From positions 832,001 to 896,000 of the forward strand of contig CAVOGR010000001.1 in NCBI GenBank assembly GCA_963695555.1: a DNA stretch of 64,000 nt, written 5' to 3'. The notes beneath the pieces were generated by a model. That model worked only from the letters and a program-made list of their open reading frames with translations. It was not told the DNA's origin and searched no databases. Positions within the stretch are counted from its first letter, which is position 1, and every line of letters starts with the position of its first letter. Of the stretch, positions 17,742 to 28,332 are shown piece after piece. A program made the position numbers and the translations under genes. This DNA comes from an uncultured Gemmatimonadales bacterium (GTDB lineage: Bacteria > Gemmatimonadota > Gemmatimonadetes > Gemmatimonadales > GWC2-71-9).

Positions 17742-19877
17742 CTACGCGAAGGGATCTTCCGCCTGCGCCGCGCGGTGCCGTTCCAATAACATCCGGTGGG
17801 TGGCGCGCTCCTCCTCGGGGCGCGGCGGGCGCCGTTGGCGGTAGGTCCCATCGGCCTGAAGATCCCAGGCCTGCCGGTTGTCCTGCAGCATCAGCTCCAA
17901 CAAGTCCCGGACGGCACGACGGTGCTGCGGCGTATCGAGGGGAACCACCGCCTCGATGCGCCGGTCGAGATTGCGCGGCATCCAATCGGCCGACCCGATG
18001 TAGACCTCCTCCCGGCCGGCATTGTGGAAATAGAAGGCGCGGGAGTGCTCGAGGAATCGGCCGAGGATGCTGATGACACGAATCGTGTCACTCACGTCCG
18101 GGATGCCGGGACGCAGACAACAGATGCCCCGAATAATGAGGTCGATCTCGACCCCGGCCCGGGATGCTTCGTACAGGGCGACGATCAACTCGGCGTCCAC
18201 CAACGCGTTCATCTTCGCGATGATCCGCGCCTTGCGTCCGCTCTTCGCATGATGGATCTCCCGACGGATCATGGACACAAACCGCTCCCGCATGCCGCGG
18301 GGCGCCACCAACAGCTTGCGGTAGCTCGTGGGCTGGCCGAACCCGGTCAGGACGTTGAACAGGTCTGTCAGGTCCGCCCCGAGATCGGGGTCGTCGGACA
18401 GGAGTCCGAAGTCGGTATAGAGGCGCGCAGTGCGAGCGTTGTAGTTCCCGGTTCCGATGTGCAAATAACGTTGGATCGTTTGGCCCTCACGCCGCACCAC
18501 CAACAAGATCTTGGTGTGGGTCTTGAGCCCGGCGACGCCATACGACACGTGGACGCCGACGTCCTCCAGCCGTTGCGCCCAGCTGATGTTGTTCTCTTCA
18601 TCGAACCGGGCCTGGAGCTCGATCAGGACCGCGACCTGCTTCCCCTGCTCGGCGGCGTGTGCCAGGAGCCGCGGAATGCCCGAGTCGTTTCCCGTCCGAT
18701 AGAGCGTCAGCTTGATGGCCAACACGTCCGGATCGTCCGCTGCCTGCTGGATGAAGCGCTCGATCGAGCTGGTGAAGCTGTCGTACGGATGGTGCAGGAA
18801 GAGATCGCCGTCTCGAATGATGTCGAAGATGCTGCGGGGGTCGGCGAGTCGGGCCTGGGTTGTCGGGAAATACGGCGGGTCGTGCAACTCCGGAATGCCA
18901 ATCGCTCCCGCCAGTTCCATGAGATCCGCCGCGTCGAGCAGACCCGGCACCTCGTAGATGTCGTCGGTGTTGGGGAGCAGGATGCCGGGGTCCTGCTCCT
19001 CGCTGAACTCACGCAGCAGGAGGGTGCGTAGATTCTGCGGCATGGTCGGCGACACCTCGATCCGAACCACCTCGGCAAAACGCTGATTGCGGACTTCTTC
19101 CTGGATCAAGCTCAGGAGATCCTCCGCCTCATCGTGATCAATTTGCAGATCGGTATTGCGGGTGATCCGGAAGAGGTGCCACGTGAGGATCTCGACACCC
19201 GGGAACAGCGCGGGCAGGTTCTCGCCGATGATGTACTCGAGCGGGATGAAGTCGTGCGGTGTGGTGAGCGGTACCCAGCGTGGCAGGATTTTGGGAACCT
19301 TCACGCGCGCAAAACGTTCCTCGCCGGTCGGTCCCCTGAGCGTGACGGCAATCGACAGGCTCAGGTTGGAGATGTAGGGAAACGGGTGTGCGGGATCGAC
19401 CGCCAACGGGGTCAGCACGGGGAAGACCACCTGCCGGAAATGCTGGTCCACATGAGCGCGCTCGCGGCTCGACAGCTCCGAGAGGTCCGTGATGAGCCGG
19501 ATCCCATGGCTCTCCAACGCCGGCAGGAGGTGGGTGCGCAGATGGCCGAGCTGTTGGCGCTGGAGGTCGTGCACGACGCGGGAAATGGCCTGGAGTTGCT
19601 CGCCCGGCGTCAAGCCATCCGCGGTCCGCTCGGTGTACCCGGCCGCCACCTGTTGCCGCAGGCCTGCCACCCGCACCTGGAAGAACTCGTCCAGGTTGCT
19701 GCTGAAGATGGCGATGAACTTGAGCTGCTCGAGCAGCGGGGTGCGGGGATCCATCGCTTCATGGAGCACGCGACGGTTGAATTCGAGCCAGGACAACTCC
19801 CGATTGGCGAACAGCGTGGGGTCGCGGAGATCGATCTGGCCAACCTCACCCAATGCCTGCGGGCGAACATCGGTCAT
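17742..19877 (-). CDS. ppk1: polyphosphate kinase 1
   Basis: NRELSWLEFNRRVL, SSNLDEFF.VRVAG, HHPYDSF, KTHTK, RFLEHSR, SADWMPRN. Confidence 0.97.
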   Translation of the reverse strand: MTDVRPQALGEVGQIDLRDPTLFANRELSWLEFNRRVLHEAMDPRTPLLEQLKFIAIFSSNLDEFFQVRVAGLRQQVAAGYTERTADGLTPGEQLQAISRVVHDLQRQQLGHLRTHLLPALESHGIRLITDLSELSSRERAHVDQHFRQVVFPVLTPLAVDPAHPFPYISNLSLSIAVTLRGPTGEERFARVKVPKILPRWVPLTTPHDFIPLEYIIGENLPALFPGVEILTWHLFRITRNTDLQIDHDEAEDLLSLIQEEVRNQRFAEVVRIEVSPTMPQNLRTLLLREFSEEQDPGILLPNTDDIYEVPGLLDAADLMELAGAIGIPELHDPPYFPTTQARLADPRSIFDIIRDGDLFLHHPYDSFTSSIERFIQQAADDPDVLAIKLTLYRTGNDSGIPRLLAHAAEQGKQVAVLIELQARFDEENNISWAQRLEDVGVHVSYGVAGLKTHTKILLVVRREGQTIQRYLHIGTGNYNARTARLYTDFGLLSDDPDLGADLTDLFNVLTGFGQPTSYRKLLVAPRGMRERFVSMIRREIHHAKSGRKARIIAKMNALVDAELIVALYEASRAGVEIDLIIRGICCLRPGIPDVSDTIRVISILGRFLEHSRAFYFHNAGREEVYIGSADWMPRNLDRRIEAVVPLDTPQHRRAVRDLLELMLQDNRQAWDLQADGTYRQRRPPRPEEERATHRMLLERHRAAQAEDPFA

Positions 19878-19908
19878 CCGGTCAACCCTCCACCATCGGT
19901 CGCGCTCG

Positions 19909-20304
19909 TCATGAGTGCCAGGAGTGGGTCCGCACCGTAACCTTCCGGGGCCCACCCACGAACAGCGACAGCAAGGTGCTCACGAAGGAGATCACCAGCG
20001 CCCCCCAGAAGGCCGCCCAGAAGCCGGCAACGTGGAAGCCCAACCCCAGCTGATCGGAGAGCCACGCCGTCAGCTGAAGCAGCACCGCGTTGATGACGAT
20101 GGTAAACAGTCCTAGCGTCACGAGGACCAAGGGGCAGGTGAGGACGGCCAGCACCGGGCGCAGCAGGCTGTTCACCATGCCGAGCAGGGCCGCCACCGCC
20201 AAGAACCTGAGTGGCCCACGGTCGAAATCGATGCCCGGGAGCAGGCTCACCGCCGCGAAGATCGCGACGGTGTTGACCAGGAGTCGCAGGATGACGCCCC
20301 TCAT
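19909..20304 (-). CDS. 4-TM phage-holin-family (YvlD/DUF360) membrane protein
   Basis: NSLLRPVL..LT.PL..VTLGLF..VINA..GFWAAFWGAL. Confidence 0.88.
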   Translation of the reverse strand: MRGVILRLLVNTVAIFAAVSLLPGIDFDRGPLRFLAVAALLGMVNSLLRPVLAVLTCPLVLVTLGLFTIVINAVLLQLTAWLSDQLGLGFHVAGFWAAFWGALVISFVSTLLSLFVGGPRKVTVRTHSWHS

Positions 20305-20331
20305 GTCCGGGGGCCCTCTGGTACACGTTGC

Positions 20332-21396
20332 TCAGGCAATGATCCCTCCACCAAGGACGCGCCCACCGTCGGCCTCGTCATACAGGACACCGGATTGGCC
20401 CGGCGCTATCGCTCGCGCCGGCGCGCCGAGTGCGAGCGATAGCGAGTGATCCACGCGGGAAAGCACCGTCGCCGGAACCGGACGGGACCGATACCGGATC
20501 TGGACGTGGCACTCCGCTCCGGGCTCGAGCGGCGGCGCGAGCCAGTTGACCTCCTCCAATGTGACGCGCTGTCCCGCCAAATCTTCGGCGCTCCCAATCA
20601 CGACGGCGCGATCCTCCGGCCGGATGGCCACGACGTAGCGTGGCTCCGAGTGCCCTCCGGGCAGCCCGCGTCGCTGGCCGATGGTGTACCGGGCGTACCC
20701 GTCGTGCTGGCCCACCGTCTGCCCCCCGGTCGTCACGAAGGGGCCCGGGGCCAACGCCGGTGCGTCAGCGGGCAGATGTTGCTCCAACACTCGGGCGTAG
20801 TCGCCGTCGGGGACGAAGCAGATCTCGACCGACTCCACCTTATCCGCGGTGCCGAGGCCCAATTTGCGTGCGTAGGCTCGGGTTTCCTCCTTCGTCATCC
20901 GACCGACCGGGGTGCGCATCCTGGGCAGCACCTGGCGATCAATGCCCCAGAGGAAATAGCTCTGATCCTTGTTGGGGTCGTCGCCGCGGTAGAGCGCACC
21001 CCGGTCTGCGACGACGTAGTGCCCGGTGGCGATCGCATCGCATCCCATGGCATCGGCGTGGGCGAGCAAGTCGCGGAACTTCGTGAACGAATTGCACCGC
21101 ACGCAGGGAATCGGAGTCCGGCCGCGGGAATACTCGTCCACGAAATTCTGGATGACGAATTGACTGAACCGATCCTCGAGATTCAGCACGTAATGCGGAA
21201 TGCCGAGCAGGTGCGCGACATCTCGGGCGTCAGTGATCGAATCGAGCGAACAACATGGCCGGTCGGGCACCGTGTCGCCGTAGCAGAACAGCTTCATTGT
21301 GGCGCCGATGACCTCGTGGCCTTCCTCGACCAGCCGGGCGGCGGCAACCGAGCTGTCGACCCCGCCGGACATGGCAACGAGCACGCGCTCAGGCAT
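20332..21396 (-). CDS. mnmA: tRNA 2-thiouridine(34) synthase
   Basis: AMSGGVDSS, RTPIPCVRCN, ATGHY, KDQSYFL, EICFVP, YTIGQRRG, APGQSGV. Confidence 0.96.
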   Translation of the reverse strand: MPERVLVAMSGGVDSSVAAARLVEEGHEVIGATMKLFCYGDTVPDRPCCSLDSITDARDVAHLLGIPHYVLNLEDRFSQFVIQNFVDEYSRGRTPIPCVRCNSFTKFRDLLAHADAMGCDAIATGHYVVADRGALYRGDDPNKDQSYFLWGIDRQVLPRMRTPVGRMTKEETRAYARKLGLGTADKVESVEICFVPDGDYARVLEQHLPADAPALAPGPFVTTGGQTVGQHDGYARYTIGQRRGLPGGHSEPRYVVAIRPEDRAVVIGSAEDLAGQRVTLEEVNWLAPPLEPGAECHVQIRYRSRPVPATVLSRVDHSLSLALGAPARAIAPGQSGVLYDEADGGRVLGGGIIA

Positions 21397-22567
21397 GCCC
21401 GAGCACCCCGGCCAAACGCCGGACTTTGCCAACGCACCCGGGAAACACGGCTGCGGCGCGGGCGATATCGTCGTCGGTCGACTCATGGCCAAGACTGAAT
21501 CGGATGGCGGCACGGGCGAGCGGCGTCGGCACGCCCATCGCCGACAACACATGTGACGGCTCCACCGACCCCGTGGTACAGGCCGATCCACTGGACACGG
21601 CGACGCCGGCCAGGTCGAGGTGCATCAGCATCGCCTCGCTGTCGGTGCCCGGGACCGCGACCTGGAGAATGTGCGGTGCACGCGGGCCGGCCTGAGCGAG
21701 GATGACGAGGTCGGGGGTCGACGCCCGGAGGCGCGCTTCGAGCTCATCACGCAGCTTCTCGATGCGGCTCGCCTCGGCGGCCTGTTCCGTCACGGCAAGC
21801 GCGACGGCGCTCCCGAGCCCGACGATGCCGACCACGTTTTCCGTACCCGGTCGGATACCCGACTGCTGACCGCCGCCATGAATCAGGGGGTGAATATCCG
21901 GTTGGCCGCGGACGATCAGCGCGCCTACGCCCTTTGGAGCGCCCAGCTTGTGCCCGGAGAGAGCCAGGAGGATGGAACTGAATCCCGCCAACGCAACCGG
22001 AAGCTTCCCGATGGCTTGGACCGCGTCGGTGTGAAACCAGACATCACGGGCCTGGCAGCGTTGGGCCACCGGCTCGACCGGTTGAATGACGCCCGTCTCG
22101 TTGTTCACCCACATGATGGACATCACGGCCGGGCGCTGCTCGAGGGCCCGGTCGAGCGCGTCGAGATCGACGACGCCGTCGCGGCCGGTTGGCACGAGGT
22201 CACAGGTGCCGCCGAGCCGTTCGACCTCGTGTGCGGCTGCGAGAACGGCCTTGTGCTCGATGGCTGACACCGCAACCCGCATGGCCTTCCCGCGTGCGGC
22301 CGCTGCCTGCGCCGTACCCAGGATTGCCAGATTGTCCGCCTCCGTCCCGCCGGAGGTGAACACCACCTCTCGCGGGTCGGCGCCGAGCGCGTCGGCTACC
22401 TGGCGCCGGGCCCGCTCGACCCCCGCGCGGGCCTGCCGCCCGAAGCGGTGGGCGCTCGAGGGATTGCCGAAGGCCTCGCGGCCGAGGTAGGGCAGCATGG
22501 CCTCGAGCACCTCGGGCCGGACCGGCGTTGTGGCGGCGTGATCGAGGTAAACGGGTGTCTCAGGCAT
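21389..22567 (-). CDS. cysteine desulfurase (IscS/NifS family)
   Basis: YLDHAATTP, FTSGGTEADN, HTDAVQ, SGHKLGAPKG, SSGSACT. Confidence 0.94.
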   Translation of the reverse strand: MPETPVYLDHAATTPVRPEVLEAMLPYLGREAFGNPSSAHRFGRQARAGVERARRQVADALGADPREVVFTSGGTEADNLAILGTAQAAAARGKAMRVAVSAIEHKAVLAAAHEVERLGGTCDLVPTGRDGVVDLDALDRALEQRPAVMSIMWVNNETGVIQPVEPVAQRCQARDVWFHTDAVQAIGKLPVALAGFSSILLALSGHKLGAPKGVGALIVRGQPDIHPLIHGGGQQSGIRPGTENVVGIVGLGSAVALAVTEQAAEASRIEKLRDELEARLRASTPDLVILAQAGPRAPHILQVAVPGTDSEAMLMHLDLAGVAVSSGSACTTGSVEPSHVLSAMGVPTPLARAAIRFSLGHESTDDDIARAAAVFPGCVGKVRRLAGVLGHA

Positions 22568-22595
22568 AACAAAGAAAGATAACCCGCGTGCGGCG

Positions 22596-23333
22596 TTACA
22601 TGCTCTGCACGTCGAGCCGCACCACGTCGTCGACCGCCATGGTCTCGTCGGTCACGAAGGGTTCGCCGTAGCGAGTCCGAATGAGGGACCCGTAGTGCTC
22701 GTTTTGGGTCTCGATGAGGGAGTAGAGATCCTGCCCGGTGGGGAAGATCTCGCCCGCCGCGACGGCGCCGTCGAACTGGCTCGCGTAGCAGCGGATGGCG
22801 GCCATCTTGCGCTCGAACTGGTCGGTGATGTCCACCACGAAGGTGGGCTTTACAGGGTCCTCGCGGTAGGCGAGGGCGTACAGGATCTTGAACGGCCGAT
22901 GCGGCGTGCCCGTGGCATCGTAGCGGCTGAGCCCGGCTAAGTAGCAGGCGTCGCGCCCGAGTTCGGACGCCACGCGGTGGTCGGGATGCCGCCCGACCGG
23001 ATAGGGGAGAATGACCACCCGTGGGGCGAAGTGACGGATGGCCTCGACCACGATGCGCCGGGATTCCTCCGTGTTGTGAAGGCCCGCATCCGGAAGCCCG
23101 GCATTGCGGCGCTCGGTCAGCCCGAGAATGGTGGTGGCGCGGTCGGCCTCTTGGCCGCGGATGGCGGCGGTGCCGCTGGTTCCCGTCTCTCCCGCCGTGA
23201 GGTCCAGGATGCCGGTGCAATACCCCTGGTCGGCCGCGCGCAGCAGGGTGCCGGCGCAGGTCAGCTCGACGTCGTCCCGGTGCGCGGCGATCGCGAGAAT
23301 GTCGACAGGCATGGCGTTCTGGTCCTCACTCAT
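22596..23333 (-). CDS. bshB1: bacillithiol biosynthesis deacetylase BshB1 (PIG-L family)
   Basis: DILAIAAHRDDVELTCAGT, DLTAGE.GT.GT, RHPDH, FVVDIT..FERK..AI.CY.SQF, YGEPF. Confidence 0.85.
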   Translation of the reverse strand: MSEDQNAMPVDILAIAAHRDDVELTCAGTLLRAADQGYCTGILDLTAGETGTSGTAAIRGQEADRATTILGLTERRNAGLPDAGLHNTEESRRIVVEAIRHFAPRVVILPYPVGRHPDHRVASELGRDACYLAGLSRYDATGTPHRPFKILYALAYREDPVKPTFVVDITDQFERKMAAIRCYASQFDGAVAAGEIFPTGQDLYSLIETQNEHYGSLIRTRYGEPFVTDETMAVDDVVRLDVQSM

Positions 23334-24564
23334 GACGTAGAGCCTCCACCGGATCCATTCGTGCGGCACGGTTTGCCGGGTACATGCCGAAGATCAACCC
23401 GATGGCGACGCTCACACCCGTCGCGAGCACGGCGCTCCAGAGTGGGACTTCCGCCGAAATCCCGAGCGTGTGCTTGAGCAGGGCCCCGGCCGAAAGGCCG
23501 AGGGCGATGCCGAGCAGCCCACCGACCAAGGTCAAGGTGGCCGCCTCGACCAGGAATTGCCACAAGATCTCCCGGCGGGTCGCGCCAACCGCCTTGCGGA
23601 TTCCGATTTCTCGGGTCCGGTCCGTCACGGACACCATCATGATGGCCATGACCCCGATGCCGCCCACCATGAGGGCCACGCTGGAGAGGGCGACCATAAT
23701 GAGGAAGAACACCGAGGTGAGGTCGTTGACCATTTCCAGGATCTGGTCCTGCGAGATGAGGTCGAAGGTGTTGGGGATGCCCGGCCGGAGCTGTCGCGCG
23801 CGGCGGAGCGCCACCGTCACCAGATCCTGCGCGCGGTCGGCCGGCACTCCCGGTTTCGGCCTGACGGCGATGAAGAGGGCGTTGGTCTCGTCGTAGCGGA
23901 ATTTGGCGCGCCCCGTTTCGTACGGGATGATCCCGGCGGTCTCCTGGCTGGGAGGCTCGAAGATATTCTCCGGCTTCTGGTACACCCCGATCACGGTCAG
24001 CGCCTTGCCACCGATCCGGATGACCTCGCCGAGCGGGTCGCGGCTGCCGAACAGCCGCTCGGCGGCCAGCGTCTCGAGTACCACCACGTCGCGCCCCGCC
24101 AACTCGGCGCGCGAGAAGAACCGGCCGCTGAGGAGCGTGCCGCCCTGGATGTCCATGTAGCGGTCGTCCGCGGCGAATATGGTCATGGTCTGGGTCCTGA
24201 CCCCGCGGTACTCCAGCCGTTCGAACAGCTGAATCCAGAGGCCGGCATACCCGATCTCGGACACCCGCTTGACGGCGTCGAGATCGTCGCGGTCGAGCAC
24301 CGGACGGATGCGGACCTCGTAGGGCAGGTTGTCGGGGTTGAGCGGTGTCTGGGAGAAGTACCGCACGACATAGAAAGTCGTGGGACCTGCCACTTCGATG
24401 GTATTGAAGATCTGCGACCGCACGCCTTGGACGATCGACGCCATGGCCATCACGGTGGTGACCCCGATCACGACACCGAGGATGGTCAGCGCGGAGCGGA
24501 GCTTGTTGGTGCGGAGGGCGTCCAGCGCGAGGCGGACGCCTTCGTCGAGGTTATGGAAGATCAT
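23326..24564 (-). CDS. MacB/FtsX-family ABC permease 4
   Basis: NKLRSALTILGVVIG; VGGIGVMAIMMVSVTDRTREIGIRKA; PVEALRHE. Confidence 0.93.
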   Translation of the reverse strand: MIFHNLDEGVRLALDALRTNKLRSALTILGVVIGVTTVMAMASIVQGVRSQIFNTIEVAGPTTFYVVRYFSQTPLNPDNLPYEVRIRPVLDRDDLDAVKRVSEIGYAGLWIQLFERLEYRGVRTQTMTIFAADDRYMDIQGGTLLSGRFFSRAELAGRDVVVLETLAAERLFGSRDPLGEVIRIGGKALTVIGVYQKPENIFEPPSQETAGIIPYETGRAKFRYDETNALFIAVRPKPGVPADRAQDLVTVALRRARQLRPGIPNTFDLISQDQILEMVNDLTSVFFLIMVALSSVALMVGGIGVMAIMMVSVTDRTREIGIRKAVGATRREILWQFLVEAATLTLVGGLLGIALGLSAGALLKHTLGISAEVPLWSAVLATGVSVAIGLIFGMYPANRAARMDPVEALRHE

Positions 24565-24567
24565 GGC

Positions 24568-25812
24568 CTATTCCCGCCGCAACGCCGTGATCGGGTCGAG
24601 TCGGGCGGCGCGGGTTGCGGGGTACACACCGAACAGGATGCCGGTTGCCGCACCGAGGCTGAGCGCCACCGCTACCGACCAGAGCGTGATCCTGGCCGGC
24701 AGGGGACTGACGGTGGACACCACGGTGGCGAGCCCCCAGCCGGCCATCACCCCGAGCGCGCCGCCGAGTGTCGACAGGGTGATGGCCTCGACCAGAAACT
24801 GGCGCCGGATGTCGGCCCGGGTGGCGCCGAGCGACTTGCGGATGCCGATCTCCCGGGTCCGTTCGTTGACGCTCATCAACATGATGTTCATGATGACGAT
24901 CCCGCCCACGACGATGCCGATGGCGACGACCGCCGGGATGACGGTGAACAGCACGCGCGTCAGGTTCCGCCAAAACTCGACCAGCGCGTCGGCCTTGTCC
25001 ACCGTGAAGTCGTTGTCCTCACCTGGTCTGAGCCGGTGGGCCAGACGCATCGCCTCCTCGGCCCGGGCCATGGCGGGCTCCACCGCCTCGGCATCGGCCA
25101 TCTTGACCGAGATCACCGTGGTCTTCCGCCGGCCGTAGATCGACTCGAAGGTCGACAGCGGCAAGAGGACGAACCCGTCGAACGACTGACCCAGCACCCG
25201 TCCCTTCTTGGCGATCACGCCCTTGACCGTCACCTCCCGGCCGGCCACGCGCACCTTCCGGCCGATGGCCATGGCCGGATCGCCAAACAGCTTGTCCGCC
25301 ACGTCGTGCCCCAGGGCGCAGACGTAGCGTCGTTCGCTGATGTCGGGGTCGGTGAGCGGCGTGCCGGCGGCGAACACGTAATCCTGCACGATCTGATACG
25401 GCGGGGTCACCCCAAACACCAGCACATCGCCGACGGTTTGGTTGCGATACCGCACATCGCTTGCCGGCGTCGGCCATCCGGACTGCAGCGCCACCGCGCG
25501 CGCCTCCGGGAGTGCCCGGCCGACGGCGACGGCATCGCGTTGGGTAATGCGGGGGCGGCGCTGGATGGCTCGCACCTGGTCGTCGTCGAGCAGCCCGACC
25601 GTGATGGGGGTGCGGCGCACCTGGAACGCATTCGTGCCGATCACGGCGCCGGCGATGTTTTCCTTGACGTACGCGTTCATGCCCTGGATGATGGCGACCA
25701 CGGCCACCAGGAACCCGACGGACACGATGATCCCGAGCAGGGTGAAGAATGAGCGGAGCTTATTGCTCAGGATGACTTGGAAGGCGAGGCGCCAGGCTTC
25801 GAAGAAGGGCAT
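24568..25812 (-). CDS. MacB/FtsX-family ABC permease 3
   Basis: NKLRSFFTLLG; IMLMSVNERTREIGIRKS; PITALRRE. Confidence 0.93.
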   Translation of the reverse strand: MPFFEAWRLAFQVILSNKLRSFFTLLGIIVSVGFLVAVVAIIQGMNAYVKENIAGAVIGTNAFQVRRTPITVGLLDDDQVRAIQRRPRITQRDAVAVGRALPEARAVALQSGWPTPASDVRYRNQTVGDVLVFGVTPPYQIVQDYVFAAGTPLTDPDISERRYVCALGHDVADKLFGDPAMAIGRKVRVAGREVTVKGVIAKKGRVLGQSFDGFVLLPLSTFESIYGRRKTTVISVKMADAEAVEPAMARAEEAMRLAHRLRPGEDNDFTVDKADALVEFWRNLTRVLFTVIPAVVAIGIVVGGIVIMNIMLMSVNERTREIGIRKSLGATRADIRRQFLVEAITLSTLGGALGVMAGWGLATVVSTVSPLPARITLWSVAVALSLGAATGILFGVYPATRAARLDPITALRRE

Positions 25813-25836
25813 GAGATGGTGAAGCTTGGCGCCGGC

Positions 25837-27078
25837 TCACTCGTATCGCAACGCCTCGATCGGGTCGAGCTTGGAGGCCCGCAGTGCCGGGTAGAGCCCG
25901 AAGCACACGCCCGTGATGACCGAGGCGGAGAGCGCCAGGACGATGGACCAAAGCGGAATGGCGGCCGGAATCGGGGTGAAGTGGCGAATCCCGCTCGCGA
26001 GCAACGCGCCTAACGCCAGCCCGAAGATGCCGCCGACCAGGGTCAGGGTGGCGGCCTCGACCAGGAACTGGAACATGATTTCCCGGCGCGTGGCACCGAG
26101 CGCCTTGCGCACGCCGATCTCCCGGGTCCGCTCCGTGACCGAGATGAGCATGATGGCCACGACCCCGACCCCCCCCACCATGAGGGCCACGGCGGAGAGC
26201 GCGAACATGACCAGGAAGAAGCCCTGGGTGATGTTGTTGAAGGCGTCGAGGAAGCGATCCTGGGTCACAACGGCGAAATTATTGTCCTCCTGCGGCTTGA
26301 GTCCGCGCACGCTTCGCATGGCGGAAATGACCTGGTCTTGCGCTTCGAGGACCGTGGCTTCCTCGGTCGGCATGACGGCCATCTCCATCCATCCCTTCCA
26401 GTAGTCGGCCACCTTGGTGAAGGTGGTGTGCGGCATGGCGAGGCGCGCCTGACCTCCGCCTCCGAACAACGACGAGGCCTCGATATGCAGGCCGATGACC
26501 TCGAACGGCTGACCGAAGATTTTGATCTTCCGTCCGAGGGGGTCGAGGCCGGGGAACAGCGTTTCGGCCAGCTTATCGTTGATCACCGCGACGCGCGCGG
26601 ACGCCGCGTACTCGAGCTGGGTGAAACTCCGGCCGGCGCGGATTTCCCCACCGGTCACGTAGATCCAGCTGGGGCTGAAGCCCGCGATGCTCACGTCGGT
26701 CAAGTTGGTCGTGCCATAGCTGACCGGCCCCGAGGTACCCTCCTGGACCGTCACGTCGCGGATCAGCGGAAGCTGTCGCACCGCGTCGGCTTCGTCGACC
26801 GTGATCCACGGATTGCGACGCCACGGCGACAATTCATCCGAGCCGTCCGAGATCGTGATCCCGCCTGACCAGAAGCGCGTCACGAAGAAGGTCTTGGGTC
26901 CGGCCGACTCGAGCATGCTGGTGACGCTTTGGTTGATGCCGGTAATGGCCGAGGCCATGCCGATCACCACCGTCACACCGATCCCGATGCCCAGGATGGT
27001 GAGCGAAGCGCGGATCTTGTTGCTCCAGATCGAAGTCAGCGCGATCCCGACGCCTTCGAAGAGCCGAAAGAAGGACAT
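25837..27078 (-). CDS. MacB/FtsX-family ABC permease 2
   Basis: NKIRASLTILG; SVTERTREIGVRKA; PIEALRYE. Confidence 0.93.
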   Translation of the reverse strand: MSFFRLFEGVGIALTSIWSNKIRASLTILGIGIGVTVVIGMASAITGINQSVTSMLESAGPKTFFVTRFWSGGITISDGSDELSPWRRNPWITVDEADAVRQLPLIRDVTVQEGTSGPVSYGTTNLTDVSIAGFSPSWIYVTGGEIRAGRSFTQLEYAASARVAVINDKLAETLFPGLDPLGRKIKIFGQPFEVIGLHIEASSLFGGGGQARLAMPHTTFTKVADYWKGWMEMAVMPTEEATVLEAQDQVISAMRSVRGLKPQEDNNFAVVTQDRFLDAFNNITQGFFLVMFALSAVALMVGGVGVVAIMLISVTERTREIGVRKALGATRREIMFQFLVEAATLTLVGGIFGLALGALLASGIRHFTPIPAAIPLWSIVLALSASVITGVCFGLYPALRASKLDPIEALRYE

Positions 27079-27090
27079 GGCGTCTCGTTC

Positions 27091-28332
27091 CTATTCCGCC
27101 CGCAGGGCCACGATCGGGTCGAGCCTGGCCGCCCGGTAGGCCGGGTAGACACCGGCCACGATCCCGACCAGCATGCCAAGGCTCACGCCGAGCACGATCG
27201 ACATGGGGACGACCACGGCGGGCAGCGGGCTCAAGGCCCGGACCACCATGGCAAGGGTGATCCCGAGCACGATGCCGAAGGCCGCGCCGACAGTGGAGAC
27301 CGTGGCGGCCTCGACGAGGAACTGACTGAGAATGTCGGACCGCTTGGCGCCCAGGGCTTTTCTGATGCCGATTTCCCGGGTGCGTTCCGTGACCGACATC
27401 AGCATGATGTTCATGATGACGATGCCGCCCACCACCAGGCTGATCCCCACCAGGAGCGGCAATCCGATCGAGAGATATTGTGAGACTTTGTTCCAGCCCT
27501 CGAGGGCACCCTCGGCCGTCTGGAGGAAGAAGTTGTTCTCTTGGTCCGGCTTGAGTCGCCGCCGGCCCCGCATCAACGCCTCGACCTCATTCATCGCCAC
27601 CACCATGCTGGCCGGGTTGTCGGCCTTGACCAGCAGCTCGTCGAGCACGTTGATCGGGCAGATCAGCCGACGACCCTGCGAGGTGTACGGCATGATGGCG
27701 AACTTGTCCATCGAGATTCCGAACGCCGTGCCCTGCTTCTCCACCACGCCGATCACGCGGTAGTGAATGCCGCCCACGTTCACGGCCTTCCCGATCGGGT
27801 CCGCCCCCTCGAACAGACGTTCGGCGAGAAGGTCGCCGATCACCAAGACCGGACGCGCCGCGCGCATCTCCTGCACGGTGAAGGCACGCCCGGAGGTGAT
27901 CGCGTAGTCGCGGATATTGAAGTACTCGGGCTCGGTCCCGATGAGATCGATGTCCTTGGCGGTCTTCCCGCCATAGCTGATGTTGACCCGATCCTGGCAG
28001 AATTTGGCGGTGCGGACCGGCGTCTGGATGCGGGCGGCGACGTACTCGGCGTCGGCGACGGTTACCCGGGGCCGGCGCCGCCAGGAGAGCCACTCCTCAC
28101 GGGTGATGTTGCCGGTGGTGATGCTGGGTCGCTGGCGCAATTGAAAGGAGTTGGCCCCGATCAGTCGGTTGGCGATGCGGTCTTCGACGTAGTCGTTCAT
28201 GCCCGATACGATTGACCAGACTGCGATCAGGAACATGACGCCAATGAGCACGCCGATCAGGGAAAAGAAGCTCTTGAGCTTTTGCGCTCGGATCATCTGG
28301 AAGGCCATGCGGATGGCCTCGATGAGGCGCAT
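27091..28332 (-). CDS. MacB/FtsX-family ABC permease 1
   Basis: QKLKSFFSLIG; SVTERTREIGIRKA; PIVALRAE. Confidence 0.93.
   Translation of the reverse strand: MRLIEAIRMAFQMIRAQKLKSFFSLIGVLIGVMFLIAVWSIVSGMNDYVEDRIANRLIGANSFQLRQRPSITTGNITREEWLSWRRRPRVTVADAEYVAARIQTPVRTAKFCQDRVNISYGGKTAKDIDLIGTEPEYFNIRDYAITSGRAFTVQEMRAARPVLVIGDLLAERLFEGADPIGKAVNVGGIHYRVIGVVEKQGTAFGISMDKFAIMPYTSQGRRLICPINVLDELLVKADNPASMVVAMNEVEALMRGRRRLKPDQENNFFLQTAEGALEGWNKVSQYLSIGLPLLVGISLVVGGIVIMNIMLMSVTERTREIGIRKALGAKRSDILSQFLVEAATVSTVGAAFGIVLGITLAMVVRALSPLPAVVVPMSIVLGVSLGMLVGIVAGVYPAYRAARLDPIVALRAE

Noticed and set aside
19909..20304. Prophage suggested by the holin-family gene
   Set aside because: No phage genes nearby; this 4-TM family is commonly chromosomal
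23470..25752. 760-aa plus-strand ORF and other long antisense ORFs (e.g. 1056-2318, 17796-19031, 29159-30472, 49888-51342)
   Set aside because: Shadow ORFs opposite well-supported genes in GC-rich DNA, with no recognisable motifs
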